A stretch of 64,000 nt of DNA, from NCBI GenBank assembly GCA_041589175.1, contig JBFHWF010000001.1, positions 3,798-67,797 of the forward strand, given 5' to 3'. Shown in pieces: positions 47,512 through 57,486 of the stretch. The stretch is from Gammaproteobacteria bacterium. Its GTDB lineage: Bacteria > Pseudomonadota > Gammaproteobacteria > SZUA-229. The stretch's first letter is position 1, and every line of letters begins with the position of its first letter. The notes beneath the pieces are model-generated. The model made no database searches. It was not told where the DNA came from and saw only the letters and a program-made list of their open reading frames with translations. Position numbers and translations under genes: made by a program.

Positions 47512-48249
47512 TCAGGGCTGTATAAAAAATTCGGCCTTTTCAAATTCTTTCGATGTGGCGAGGCAGGCATAATAATCCGTATACATCGGTGGCATTACGA
47601 TATCTAGCATCGGGTAATTTGAGTCTTCACTTCCATCGACTCGCCCCAGATAGGCTGCCGATTGTGGGGGTACGCTCACTTCAAACTGGCCAGGCGGTAG
47701 CTTTAAACCGTCACCTGTCACTTTCATACGGGCTTCTTTACGCGTCCATACCTGGTAGAAAGCGGCTTTCTGCTGATCTTCGGTAAGACGAGTGATTTCT
47801 GCCTGCTCACGATGGGTAAAAAAACGTTGACTTATACCGCGCCAGTCAGTTTTTCGTTCAATGCATTCAATATCAATACCCACGTCAAAACTGTTGCTTA
47901 CAGCTAGAATGGCAAGATTACCAGAGTGACTCAGATTAAATTTGATATCACGGGTGTTCTGTTCGGAAATGATGGATGGCTTGCCATTGTCTCCATAATC
48001 GAACTCAATGGTTGCCGCTTCTGTGTCCAGATAATTTGCGAGCACCGCGTGAAGAAAACCGTGGGAGGCAATGAAGTGTTTGCGATGTTTAAAAAACTTG
48101 AATTGCTCGCTGCGAGCTTTCTCTGCATCGGAAAGCAGCGGATACAGGTGTTTGAGTTTTGCCTGATGAATATTCATATAATTCAGCCAGACATGAACTG
48201 TACCCTGGGCTAATTCACCGAAAGCTTCATGGCTCTGCCATTGGGTCAT
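47512..48249 (-). CDS. 4'-phosphopantetheinyl transferase (Sfp/EntD type)
   Basis: 245 aa. PPTase motifs are 'FNLSHSGN', 'VGIDIE' and 'WTRKEARMKVTG'. The start overlaps the stop of the RND gene by 4 nt. Confidence 0.85.
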   Translation of the reverse strand: MTQWQSHEAFGELAQGTVHVWLNYMNIHQAKLKHLYPLLSDAEKARSEQFKFFKHRKHFIASHGFLHAVLANYLDTEAATIEFDYGDNGKPSIISEQNTRDIKFNLSHSGNLAILAVSNSFDVGIDIECIERKTDWRGISQRFFTHREQAEITRLTEDQQKAAFYQVWTRKEARMKVTGDGLKLPPGQFEVSVPPQSAAYLGRVDGSEDSNYPMLDIVMPPMYTDYYACLATSKEFEKAEFFIQP

Positions 48250-51200
48250 CTGGTCGTTGCCTCACGGTGTAATAGTACATAGAGTGCAGGGATAATTAAC
48301 AGTGAAACCAGGAGTGAAAAACTCAGGCCAAACACGATAATGCTGGCCATGGGTTTGAGCATTTCTGAACCTTCATTCAATCCGGCTGCTAATGGTAACA
48401 GGCCAAATACCGTGGTTAATGTTGTCATCAGAATGGGTCTGAGGCGTTGACTCGCCGCTGTCTTTACGGCCTCAAGCATATGCAGGCCTTTCTGGCGAAG
48501 TATTTCAATCTGTTCAACCAGTACAATTGAATTATTCACTACGATGCCAGCCAGCATAACAATACCTAATCGTGCAGGCATGCTGAGCTGGCCTGAGAGA
48601 TAAAATTCGAGCGCTATGTATACACCGATCAGTGAGAAAGGTACGCCCAGTATAATCACCAGTGGATTCAGGAGTGATTCGTACTGCACGGTCATCACAA
48701 CAAACACCAGAAAGATAGCAAGCCCGAGTAATATGAATGTTAATTGCTCACCCTGTTTCAGTTCTTCGAAAGCACCACCTTCATAGACAACGTAACCATC
48801 GGGTATAGCGATGCTGTCGATAGCCTCATTGACCTGTTGCATAAGAAAGTTGTAATCAATATCGTCGTCAAGTGAGCCGGAAACTTCGTTGATGCGTAGT
48901 TGATTGTCACGACGTATTTCGGCAGGCTCAGGTGAGATATGGATATCGGCAACATCAAGCAGGCGTATGTAGCTGTCATTTTTTATGCGGATAATAATAT
49001 TGCGAATGTCATCGATACTACGAATTTCATCCCGTTTTAGACGAATTCGAATATCATAACTACGATCCTTTTCGATAAAATCACTGGCGATTCGCCCATT
49101 GAGTGCCATCTGAATCATCTCACCAATTTCATTGGCGCTGATGCCAGCATCTGCCGCCCGTTCACGATTGATTTTAATAATCAGCTCGTTACTGGTTTCC
49201 TCATAGTTATGTTCCAGGTTGCGTAAGCCGGGGATAGCAGAAATTCGATCGATAATCTGCTCGGCTAATGTCGTCAGGGTATCTATTTCTGGGCCCTGAA
49301 TGCGTAAGCTGAAGTCATCGTCTCCATGGCCGAGCCTGATACCTCTTACTCCACGTACTCTGCTGCGAACTTTATAACCGGGCAGTTGCAGGGCTTTGAT
49401 CTTACCTGTGATTTCTTTTGACCAGGCGCGACTACTGATATTGCGTCTTTCAGACAGAGGTTTCAGCTGGATATCGATAGAGCCTCTGTTGCTGCGCTCG
49501 AACTGTGATCGTCCAAACACGAAGCCGCCTGAGCTGACAAAGACACTTTCTACCTCATCCTGTTCAAGAATGAGAGATTCAATTTTCTGTAACTGCTGAT
49601 CGAAGGTCTCCAGTCGGGTACCAGGTTCGGCCGTGAGGTAGATACTGACTTTTCCTTCATCCATGCTAGGGAAAAAAATGAGGCGTGCATCAAAAACCTT
49701 ATAAGCAGAAAAGCTTAATCCCAGTATGAATATGAACAGCAGTAAAAGCGTGTGATTAAGGCTAAGGTTCAGCAGTTTTTCATAAAACGTCTGGACACGC
49801 TTAAATAGCACGCTTTTATGGTCGGCTTTATAGTCCAGGCGTGCCCCAAGTGCAGGTACCAGAGTAACCGCAACAACCAGTGAGGCAATTATCGCCGCGC
49901 TCAGGGTAATGATCAGTTCACTGAACAGAAGGCCGATGAGTCCACCGATAAATAAGAACGGTAATACTGCAACCAGGTTGGTCGTGGTGGAGGCTGTTAT
50001 AGCACCAGTGACTTCACTGACCGCATTCACAGCAGCATCTTTTGCATCTTCACCCTGTGCCTGATGACGTGAGATGTTTTCCAGCATTACTATCGTATTG
50101 TCGACCAGCAGGCCAATTCCCAGGGCCAGCCCCCCCAGCGACATGATGTTGAGACTTATGCCGCCAATATTCATAATCAGGAAGGTAATAAATATCGCCA
50201 GTGGTATGGCCGTCGAGATAATGAGTGTGCGACGAATGTCTCGCAGGAACAGGTAAACCACCAGCATAGCTAGTAGGCCGCCACTGAGTGCGGCATAGGC
50301 TGCGTTTTTCAGTGACAGTCGTACATAGCTGGACTGGTCGCCAACCACCTGCAGCTGTATGTCACGGGGTAATAAGCCCTGAGATATGAACCAGTTAAGT
50401 TGTGCATGAACAGCATCGGTAACATCTACGGTGTTTGCATCCGGTTGTTTCTGTATCGATAGTTTGATACCGGAATGTCCATTGAGTCGAATACGTAACT
50501 CTTCATCCTCATGTGTGTCGATAATCTCCGCAACATCGCCGAGGCGAATAATCTCATCAATTGACGTGTTGTTGGCATCGGTGAGAGGTAGTTTTCGAAT
50601 ATCGTCCAGTTCAGAAAAGCGCCCCTGAGTGCGTGCACTGATTTTACGGGTGTCCATATACAGCACACCGCTGGCTAAATCCTGATTTTCCAGACGCAGG
50701 CGTTGCTGAATATCATTGAGTGTAAAACCGGAGGCTGCAAGTTTTTCCTGATCAATAATGATCTGAATTTCTCTGACCAGTCCGCCACCCACTTCAGTAG
50801 ACGCTACACCGTTTACATTGAGAAACCAGCGTGAGAAATCATAATCAACCCAGCTGCGGAGTTCGACCGGGTTTCGCGTGTCCGAGCTAATAACGAGTTC
50901 CATAACCGGTATCTGTGAAGGATCTCGTTTGTATATAACCGGTGGGTCCTGTGTGTTCGGCAGGAAACGTTTGGTGCGATCCAGACGGTTGCTGGCATCC
51001 TGTAATGCCTGGTCAATGTCTGTGCCATAGGGAAAGCTGAGATTGACCGACGTACGCCCTTCAGAGGTTTCTGACTGAATTCGTGTGGCGCCCTCGGTAA
51101 TAGCCAGTTGTTCTTCCAGTTGGCGGGTAAAGCGATCTTCCATGATTTTGGTCGGCGTACCCGTATCGATAATGCGTATGCGAATTTCCGGATAAATAAT

Positions 51201-51338
51201 GTCGGGAAGTAGATTAGTGTTTAACTGGCCGAATGAAAAAAGCCCGATGATAACCACCGCAAGGGCCAGCATGCTAACGGCAATGGGTCGCTGAATTGAC
51301 CAGCGAGCCAGTCCGCCTGTGCGCTGCAACTGACTCAT
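48246..51338 (-). CDS. RND efflux transporter permease (AcrB/HAE family)
   Basis: 1030 aa with 12-TM, two-large-loop architecture. The N-terminus is 'LARWSIQRPIAVSMLALAVVIIGLFSF'. Confidence 0.92.
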   Translation of the reverse strand: MSQLQRTGGLARWSIQRPIAVSMLALAVVIIGLFSFGQLNTNLLPDIIYPEIRIRIIDTGTPTKIMEDRFTRQLEEQLAITEGATRIQSETSEGRTSVNLSFPYGTDIDQALQDASNRLDRTKRFLPNTQDPPVIYKRDPSQIPVMELVISSDTRNPVELRSWVDYDFSRWFLNVNGVASTEVGGGLVREIQIIIDQEKLAASGFTLNDIQQRLRLENQDLASGVLYMDTRKISARTQGRFSELDDIRKLPLTDANNTSIDEIIRLGDVAEIIDTHEDEELRIRLNGHSGIKLSIQKQPDANTVDVTDAVHAQLNWFISQGLLPRDIQLQVVGDQSSYVRLSLKNAAYAALSGGLLAMLVVYLFLRDIRRTLIISTAIPLAIFITFLIMNIGGISLNIMSLGGLALGIGLLVDNTIVMLENISRHQAQGEDAKDAAVNAVSEVTGAITASTTTNLVAVLPFLFIGGLIGLLFSELIITLSAAIIASLVVAVTLVPALGARLDYKADHKSVLFKRVQTFYEKLLNLSLNHTLLLLFIFILGLSFSAYKVFDARLIFFPSMDEGKVSIYLTAEPGTRLETFDQQLQKIESLILEQDEVESVFVSSGGFVFGRSQFERSNRGSIDIQLKPLSERRNISSRAWSKEITGKIKALQLPGYKVRSRVRGVRGIRLGHGDDDFSLRIQGPEIDTLTTLAEQIIDRISAIPGLRNLEHNYEETSNELIIKINRERAADAGISANEIGEMIQMALNGRIASDFIEKDRSYDIRIRLKRDEIRSIDDIRNIIIRIKNDSYIRLLDVADIHISPEPAEIRRDNQLRINEVSGSLDDDIDYNFLMQQVNEAIDSIAIPDGYVVYEGGAFEELKQGEQLTFILLGLAIFLVFVVMTVQYESLLNPLVIILGVPFSLIGVYIALEFYLSGQLSMPARLGIVMLAGIVVNNSIVLVEQIEILRQKGLHMLEAVKTAASQRLRPILMTTLTTVFGLLPLAAGLNEGSEMLKPMASIIVFGLSFSLLVSLLIIPALYVLLHREATTR

Positions 51339-52444
51339 GTGTCTTTCGACTCCAATCGCTGGCCTGTCGCTGTGGGTGATGCGTTGACATTATTGACTTT
51401 CATACCATCTTCCAGGCCAAACAGGCCCTGAGTGACGATGACTGTGCCAGCAGTCAGGCCGTCAATAACCTCTATATGGTTGTCCTGCTCTATGCCAGTA
51501 ATGATAGTCTTTCGACGTGCTGTGTCCTTTTCGATGATAAATACATAACTGCCCTGACGATCGTGTCGCACAGCATCGAAAGGAATCATTAACCGAGCCT
51601 GCTGCATGGTGCGTATGCTGACACGGCATAACTGACCCGGTATTGCGCCCTCAGGGACCGGCTGCAACTGGATTTCCAGTGTGCCTTTGCGTGTCTGCTT
51701 ATCCACGGCAGGATAGATGCGGATAACCTTAGCGTTATATGCCTGTGACTCGTTTGACTGTTTACCAAGTGCATCAATGCGAACTTCAACTGATTGACCG
51801 GGATTAATGGTCGGCAGCAGGTGTTCACTTACCTGGACTTTTGCCTTTAGACTTGACGTGTCGAGCAGTTGTAAAAGCATAGTATGGAGTGGTAAAACAT
51901 CGCCCGGCTCAACGAGTCGAGATGCAATGACACCGTCAATGGGTGCTTCGATTCGGCTGAAAGTTAGTTCTGCCTGTTTGAGCTGTTGCTCTGCCCTGGA
52001 AATATTAACCAGGGTCTCTGCCTGAGCAATTTCACTTTCCGATGCCAGTTTGCGGGGCGCGAGATCCCTCAGGCGACGCAAATCCAGTTGTGCCTGTTGT
52101 AGTGAGGCTTCGGCTTTCTTGAGCTCGGCGATAGCCAGCGTATCGTCAAGCTGAGCCAGTATTTGCCCCTGTTTCACAGCGTCGCCGGGGTGATAGGGTA
52201 GTGAAATTAACTGGCCAGCACGTTGATTGATAATCTTAACTTCCCGGATTGCCTGTAGGGTGCTGGTAAACTGATGTTCGATGGCAATGTCCCGTATCTG
52301 TGCTGTTGCAGTCTCGATCAGATGTGCGGGTTTGCTTTTTTGACGTGATTTATTGGCAGGCTCATCACAGGCCATTAGCACAAATAGACTGCATAACAGG
52401 ATTGCAACAAGTCGTCCGGGGATTTCAGCAGAGTATATAGACAT
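51335..52444 (-). CDS. RND efflux periplasmic adaptor (membrane fusion protein, HlyD family)
   Basis: 369 aa with a lipobox-like 'FVLMAC', a coiled-coil hairpin ('LKKAEASLQQAQLDLRRL...LKQAELTF') and a beta-barrel/MP domain. It overlaps the RND gene by 4 nt. Confidence 0.88.
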   Translation of the reverse strand: MSIYSAEIPGRLVAILLCSLFVLMACDEPANKSRQKSKPAHLIETATAQIRDIAIEHQFTSTLQAIREVKIINQRAGQLISLPYHPGDAVKQGQILAQLDDTLAIAELKKAEASLQQAQLDLRRLRDLAPRKLASESEIAQAETLVNISRAEQQLKQAELTFSRIEAPIDGVIASRLVEPGDVLPLHTMLLQLLDTSSLKAKVQVSEHLLPTINPGQSVEVRIDALGKQSNESQAYNAKVIRIYPAVDKQTRKGTLEIQLQPVPEGAIPGQLCRVSIRTMQQARLMIPFDAVRHDRQGSYVFIIEKDTARRKTIITGIEQDNHIEVIDGLTAGTVIVTQGLFGLEDGMKVNNVNASPTATGQRLESKDT

Positions 52445-52544
52445 AAGGTTTATAAGGGATTAAAGCCCGATTATTTGTCCGTTTGAGCTATTCAAATTGT
52501 ATATAATAGTGGCGATTAATCCAGCCTTATCATAATAATCTCTC

Positions 52545-54380
52545 ATGTACGTACATAATCGACCCACAGAAGCGCCCCACAGCGAACGCAAAGATACTAA
52601 AAACCTCAAGCGTATGATGCCCTACCTGTGGAGCTACCGCGGACGCGTACTGTTTGCTTTAGCGTCATTGATGCTGGCCAAGGTGGCCACGGTGAGTATC
52701 CCTCTGGTGCTTAAGGAAATTGTCGATGCGCTGGATGTAAGCCTTGATAAAGCGAGTTCGGTTGCCAGTTCGCTGTCTCAGCAAATCCCACTGGAGCTAC
52801 CACTGGCCCTGTTGCTTGGTTATGGTGCCCTGCGCCTGATGAATGTGCTGTTTAATGAGCTCAGGGATGCGATTTTCTGCCGTGTACGTTTTCGTGCGAT
52901 GCGTAAAATATCGACACAGGTGGTACAGCATCTATATGACCTCTCGCTGAATTTTCATCTGGAACGCAAAACGGGTGGCATATCCCGTGATCTTGAGCGG
53001 GGTGCGCGTAGTCTGTCATCTATTCTGAATTATCTGACTTTCAATATAGTTCCAACACTTACCGAATTTCTGATGGTGGCTTTAATACTGTTTAGTCAGT
53101 ACGATGCAAAATTTGCAATAATTACTTTTGCCACGGTCGCCATTTATATTACCTACACCATGTTGCTCACAGAGTGGCGTATGCATTTTCGTCATGAGAT
53201 GAATGCGCTTGATTCGGAAGCTAATTCACGTGCAGTTGATGGTCTGATTAACTATGAAACCGTGAAGTATTTTAATAACGAGAAGTACGAGTTACACCGG
53301 TATAACGATACGCTGGAGCGCTGGGAAGATTCAGCAGTTAAGAGTACCAGTTCCATGGCCTTACTGAATTTTGGGCAGGGTTCCATTATTGCAGTAGGTG
53401 TCACCATTGTCATGATTTTTGCTGCACAGGGTGTTGTTGATGGCAGTATGAGTCTGGGTGACCTGGTGCTGGTAAACACCATGATGTTGCAGCTTTTTAT
53501 TCCACTGGGTTTTCTTGGCATTATTTATCGTTCTATGAAGCACGCACTGGCAGATATGGACCTGATGTTCAAGTTACTCGATCGTACACCTCAGATTCGG
53601 GATGCGGAGCAGGTTAAGGATCTCACCGTTAATCAGGCGCACGTAGCATTCAGACATATTAACTTTGCTTATAATGAAGAGCGCCAGATACTTCATGATG
53701 TGAGTTTTGAAATTCCCAGTGGTCATAAGGTTGCGGTTGTAGGACCTTCGGGTTCGGGCAAATCTACGCTGGCTCGCTTACTGTTTCGTTTCTATGATGT
53801 CGATAGCGGAGAGATATCTATCGACGGTGAAGATATTCGTAATGTCAGTCAGGCTAGTCTGCGTGAGCATATCGGTATTGTTCCACAGGATACGGTGCTG
53901 TTTAATGAAAGCATCATGCATAATATTCAGTACGCTCGGCCTGGCGCTACGGAAGGTGAGGTGCGTCATGCGGCTAAGCTGGCGAATATCGATGAATTTA
54001 TTCTTGGCCTGCCAGAGGGCTACAATACGGTAGTGGGTGAGCGCGGTCTTAAACTGTCCGGTGGTGAAAAGCAGCGTGTTGCGATCGCCAGGGTTATTCT
54101 CAAGAACCCACGCATACTGGTGTTTGATGAAGCTACGTCGTCACTGGATTCTCAGTCAGAACAGGTGATACTCAGGTCGCTGCGAGATGTTGCTGCAGAA
54201 CATACCACGCTGGTGATTGCGCATCGGCTGTCAACCATCGTGGATGCAAATACGATAATCGTGCTTGAAAAAGGCCGTATTGCTGAGCAGGGTACGCATC
54301 AGCAATTACTCGATAAGAATGGCCTGTATGCCCAGTTATGGCGCATGCAACAGGATGAGGAAACATCGCTGAATTCCTGA
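52545..54380 (+). CDS. Atm1/ABCB7-like half-transporter (fused TMD-NBD ABC exporter)
   Basis: 611 aa with a six-TM N-terminal domain. Walker A is 'GPSGSGKST', the signature is 'LSGGEKQRVAIARV' and Walker B is 'ILVFDEATSSLD'. The length and C-terminus 'NGLYAQLWRMQ' are typical of the Atm1/HMT1 subgroup. Confidence 0.85.
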   Translation: MYVHNRPTEAPHSERKDTKNLKRMMPYLWSYRGRVLFALASLMLAKVATVSIPLVLKEIVDALDVSLDKASSVASSLSQQIPLELPLALLLGYGALRLMNVLFNELRDAIFCRVRFRAMRKISTQVVQHLYDLSLNFHLERKTGGISRDLERGARSLSSILNYLTFNIVPTLTEFLMVALILFSQYDAKFAIITFATVAIYITYTMLLTEWRMHFRHEMNALDSEANSRAVDGLINYETVKYFNNEKYELHRYNDTLERWEDSAVKSTSSMALLNFGQGSIIAVGVTIVMIFAAQGVVDGSMSLGDLVLVNTMMLQLFIPLGFLGIIYRSMKHALADMDLMFKLLDRTPQIRDAEQVKDLTVNQAHVAFRHINFAYNEERQILHDVSFEIPSGHKVAVVGPSGSGKSTLARLLFRFYDVDSGEISIDGEDIRNVSQASLREHIGIVPQDTVLFNESIMHNIQYARPGATEGEVRHAAKLANIDEFILGLPEGYNTVVGERGLKLSGGEKQRVAIARVILKNPRILVFDEATSSLDSQSEQVILRSLRDVAAEHTTLVIAHRLSTIVDANTIIVLEKGRIAEQGTHQQLLDKNGLYAQLWRMQQDEETSLNS

Positions 54381-54405
54381 TCCTGATGCAGGATGGTGAG
54401 TTGTA

Positions 54406-54636
54406 CTAGTTTACACGCTCAGCATGAAAACCGTGGCGCTCAATCATACGAATAAAATTAGTCACCCGGTTTTTTTCAGGGTTATACTCGATAAACAGAA
54501 TATGGGGTGCGCCTGGATTATGACCACTTGAAATGACACCTTGCTGTGCTCTCATGTGTTTTTCCAGGATCTCATACTGCCAGGGTTCCAGTGTTTCGTC
54601 GATATGTAGAATTGCATCGCAAACCTGAGTCATCAT
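54406..54636 (-). CDS. Small hypothetical protein
   Basis: 76-aa ORF with a protein-like composition and a predicted beta-alpha-beta pattern. No known motif recognised. Confidence 0.45.
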   Translation of the reverse strand: MMTQVCDAILHIDETLEPWQYEILEKHMRAQQGVISSGHNPGAPHILFIEYNPEKNRVTNFIRMIERHGFHAERVN

Positions 54637-54840
54637 TATTCCGCCCTTTACTGTGTTTACGGTACGTTTTGTACGAATTATGACAGGAACGACCTTAAAA
54701 CCCTGTCAACCCAAGCATATGTAAAACCCGTGCTAAAGTCAGTTGAGGCAGGTCAATAAACTCGCCGAAGTGACGCTAAATTCGTATTATTTAATCGTTA
54801 TTATCACTGATATCACTTTTATGCAGCATCTGGAGTACCA

Positions 54841-55623
54841 ATGAGCCAGCACAAGTCCGACCGTTCTTTTGATGGCCTGGTAGGGCACTTCAAGAAAAAT
54901 ATTTACGACACACCGAAGGGACAGATACGCCTGGATATCCTGTGGCGTGACTTAAACGAGGCAATTCCGGCGCTTACTGCAGGAAAGCCGCTGCGCATTC
55001 TTGATGCCGGTGCCGGCATGGGGCACCTTGCTGGGCAGCTGGCAGATCTGGGGCATGAGCTGGTGCTGTGTGATATCTCAGCCGATATTCTGCAGCAGGC
55101 GGAGCAACATTTACAGCAGCATCATCCGCATGCCAGCTATCGATTGATAAATACTGCACTACAGGAACTCGCGAAGCATACGGATGAGCAATATGATGTG
55201 GTGCTATTTCATGCCGTACTGGAGTGGCTCGCAGACCCACAAAGTGGCCTGCAGTGTGTGTTTCGATTTATTGCAGATGATGGCTATCTTTCACTGATGT
55301 ATTATAACCGCCATAGTCTGGTCTATCGGCATCTGCTGAATGCTAATTTTTCCGTGTTAAAGGATAATCAGCCGCGCACGGGTGAGCGGCTGGTTCCCAT
55401 CTCTCCACTTGAGCCGCACAGGGTACGCCAGTGGCTGATGGATGCGGGTATGTCGATTGTATGTGAGTCTGGTGTTCGGGTAATCTATGACTATCTGGGG
55501 CAGCAGCAGAAACAACACCTCAATCTCGATGAGCTGCTTGAAATGGAGCGTCGCTACTCACGTCTTCAGCCCTATGCAGATCTGGCACGCTACCAGCATG
55601 TGATTGTTAAGCCGAAACAATAA
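54841..55623 (+). CDS. cmoM: tRNA 5-carboxymethoxyuridine methyltransferase (SmtA)
   Basis: 260 aa, collinear with E. coli CmoM/SmtA as recalled. 'FKKNIYDTPKGQIRLDILWRDL' compares with 'FSRNIYGTTKGQLRQAILWQDL'. 'ILDAGAGMG', 'VLFHAVLEWLADP' and 'GVRVIYDYL' also match. Confidence 0.9.
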   Translation: MSQHKSDRSFDGLVGHFKKNIYDTPKGQIRLDILWRDLNEAIPALTAGKPLRILDAGAGMGHLAGQLADLGHELVLCDISADILQQAEQHLQQHHPHASYRLINTALQELAKHTDEQYDVVLFHAVLEWLADPQSGLQCVFRFIADDGYLSLMYYNRHSLVYRHLLNANFSVLKDNQPRTGERLVPISPLEPHRVRQWLMDAGMSIVCESGVRVIYDYLGQQQKQHLNLDELLEMERRYSRLQPYADLARYQHVIVKPKQ

Positions 55624-55718
55624 TGATAATTCTGCATCTGCTGGCTTGAAATTTTTATGCTCGTCACCATCTACTAAACAGTTTGATTTTTTTCCAACCC
55701 CTGAGTAAGGAGTACACG

Positions 55719-56105
55719 ATGTTTGAACCTATTGAAATACCTTTTGGCTGTGTCATGCTTTTCAATGTCGTAAAACTGAAGGAAGGCGTTTCAGTTGAAC
55801 AGGTTGAACTTGCACTGGGTGAAATGTGTAATGTTGTAAAAAATACCTACGGTAACGATCATGGTGGTTTTATTGGTGGTCAGGTATATAAATACACTGG
55901 GTTTGTTTCGGATCAGGGCTCGTTTGATTCGACCAAGATGACAGAAGATCATCTGGTTATCGCTACCTACTGGCAGTCTTTCGAAAAACATGAAGCATCC
56001 CATGCCGATAAAGTCTTTAATGAAAAATTCTCGGCACTTAAAGAATACTGCGAAGAAACCTATGAGTTGGGTTATGAAATGCTATGGCAGGGAGTGCCTG
56101 AATAA
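55719..56105 (+). CDS. Hypothetical protein (possible ferredoxin-like / ABM-fold)
   Basis: The ORF is open from 55683. The ATG at 55719 is preceded by a strong SD 'TAAGGAG'. The product is 128 aa and has no recognised family motif. Confidence 0.55.
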   Translation: MFEPIEIPFGCVMLFNVVKLKEGVSVEQVELALGEMCNVVKNTYGNDHGGFIGGQVYKYTGFVSDQGSFDSTKMTEDHLVIATYWQSFEKHEASHADKVFNEKFSALKEYCEETYELGYEMLWQGVPE

Positions 56106-56130
56106 AGGGCTTTTTCATCGCTTATTAGCG

Positions 56131-56165
56131 GGGTGCCCTGTCGCTTTTATCAGGGCAGGGCACCC
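56131..56165. terminator. Hairpin between convergent genes (possible bidirectional terminator)
   Basis: A 10-bp perfect stem GGGTGCCCTG / CAGGGCACCC has a 15-nt loop. There is no adjacent U-tract on either strand, so its function is uncertain. Confidence 0.4.
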
Positions 56166-56174
56166 TGATGATCG

Positions 56175-56687
56175 CTAACTGTTGTTAGCCAGCGACTTGA
56201 GTGCTTTAACCATTTCCTCAGAATCCCATTCAACACCACCAAAAAGTGTATAACGAATTTTTCCGTCCGGTGAAATGATAAAGTTGGAAGGTGCGGCAAA
56301 TACGCGCCATTCAGCGATTGACTGACCAGGCTCATCCAGCAGAATCGTGAACTCTGGTTTTACCTCATTCACAAATTTCTTTACCTCTGCCGCCGGTTCG
56401 CCCATATCGACAGCAAGAATTGTGAAAGGCGTATCACCCATCTTTTTCATTAACCGATTCATCGATGGCATTTCCTTGCGGCAGGGTGTGCAGTAGGTTG
56501 CCCAGAACTGAAGCAGTACGATCTGACCCCGGTAATCAGCAAGATTATGAGTGACTCCCGCAAGATCTTTAAGCACAAGTGGTGGTGTAGGTGCGGACTC
56601 AGGATAGGGTTTGAAGCCGCCAGCATAAAGTGGGCTAAGCCCCAGGCTTATGGCAAGCAGGAATATCATCCGATAGAACTTTTTCAT
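56175..56687 (-). CDS. TlpA-family periplasmic thiol:disulfide oxidoreductase
   Basis: 170 aa with a signal peptide and the thioredoxin-fold active site 'FWATYCTPCRKEMP'. Confidence 0.88.
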   Translation of the reverse strand: MKKFYRMIFLLAISLGLSPLYAGGFKPYPESAPTPPLVLKDLAGVTHNLADYRGQIVLLQFWATYCTPCRKEMPSMNRLMKKMGDTPFTILAVDMGEPAAEVKKFVNEVKPEFTILLDEPGQSIAEWRVFAAPSNFIISPDGKIRYTLFGGVEWDSEEMVKALKSLANNS

Positions 56688-56691
56688 ACGA

Positions 56692-57462
56692 CTATTTATC
56701 CTTCAGATAGAACAGGCTGACCTTTATCAGGCCGGCGAGTTGAGAGGTGACAACATCTTCCGAGCGATTTGCATCACCACGCTTGAAAAAGAAACCACGT
56801 ACATCAGGTATCACTTTAGCTGTAACCACACTGCCCGCAGTCGCAAGTGAATGGCTCAGGTTAGATAAACCCCAGCGATTCGGGGTCCGCTCTCCTTCGA
56901 GCAGCATAATGGGTAAATGGGTTTTGCCAACGGCATCGATATATTCAGGCAGCATGCCGGGTTGAGGTTCACTTTTGAACAGACGGGGAAACAGTAGAAT
57001 CGCTCCACTCAACGGAGGTGATTGTTTGCTGGCTTCCCATGCCTGAGCACCGCGCAGTACCAGCTCGGAATCGGCACCACTGGCAACCAGGTAGACACGC
57101 TTGCCAGTATGGCTTGCAGCTTTTATCAGTGCCTGTATCGCATCGGTTTGAATGTGTCGAATACTACTGCGAACATTGGGTAGCATAAACGCCGATAGCA
57201 TATCAGGCATCCAGACTTCGATGCCGTCTTCTGCCAGTGAGCGTGCTGTTTTTTCTTCAGCAATACTCTTACCTTCATCACAGGGGAAACCCAGTAGCAG
57301 GATGTCACCATTAGCGGGGAACCTGCGAATTTCGATTTCGGTATCGGCAGTTTCTATTCGCAGAACTTCGCGTGCCTCAACAATACTTGAGAGGAGTAAC
57401 AGGCATATGCCTGTTAGCAGGGTATAGATGTTTAACTTGTTGATCTGTTTTAATATGGGCAT
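56692..57462 (-). CDS. Secreted hypothetical protein (possible alpha/beta-fold)
   Basis: The ORF is open to 57507. The Met at 57462 gives a signal peptide 'MPILKQINKLNIYTLLTGICLLLLSSIVEA' and removes the overlap with the divergent cytochrome gene. It ends 4 nt before the tlpA-like start. Confidence 0.55.
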   Translation of the reverse strand: MPILKQINKLNIYTLLTGICLLLLSSIVEAREVLRIETADTEIEIRRFPANGDILLLGFPCDEGKSIAEEKTARSLAEDGIEVWMPDMLSAFMLPNVRSSIRHIQTDAIQALIKAASHTGKRVYLVASGADSELVLRGAQAWEASKQSPPLSGAILLFPRLFKSEPQPGMLPEYIDAVGKTHLPIMLLEGERTPNRWGLSNLSHSLATAGSVVTAKVIPDVRGFFFKRGDANRSEDVVTSQLAGLIKVSLFYLKDK

Positions 57463-57486
57463 CTTTCGAGCTGTTATGCTTGCGCT

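Noticed and set aside
48246-51338. Interpreting the RND pump as the hopanoid transporter HpnN because hpn genes are in the window.
   Set aside because: It is a 1030-aa AcrB-type protein with a dedicated membrane-fusion partner. HpnN-type transporters are shorter and lack an MFP. It also lies more than 8 kb from the hpn genes, with unrelated genes between.
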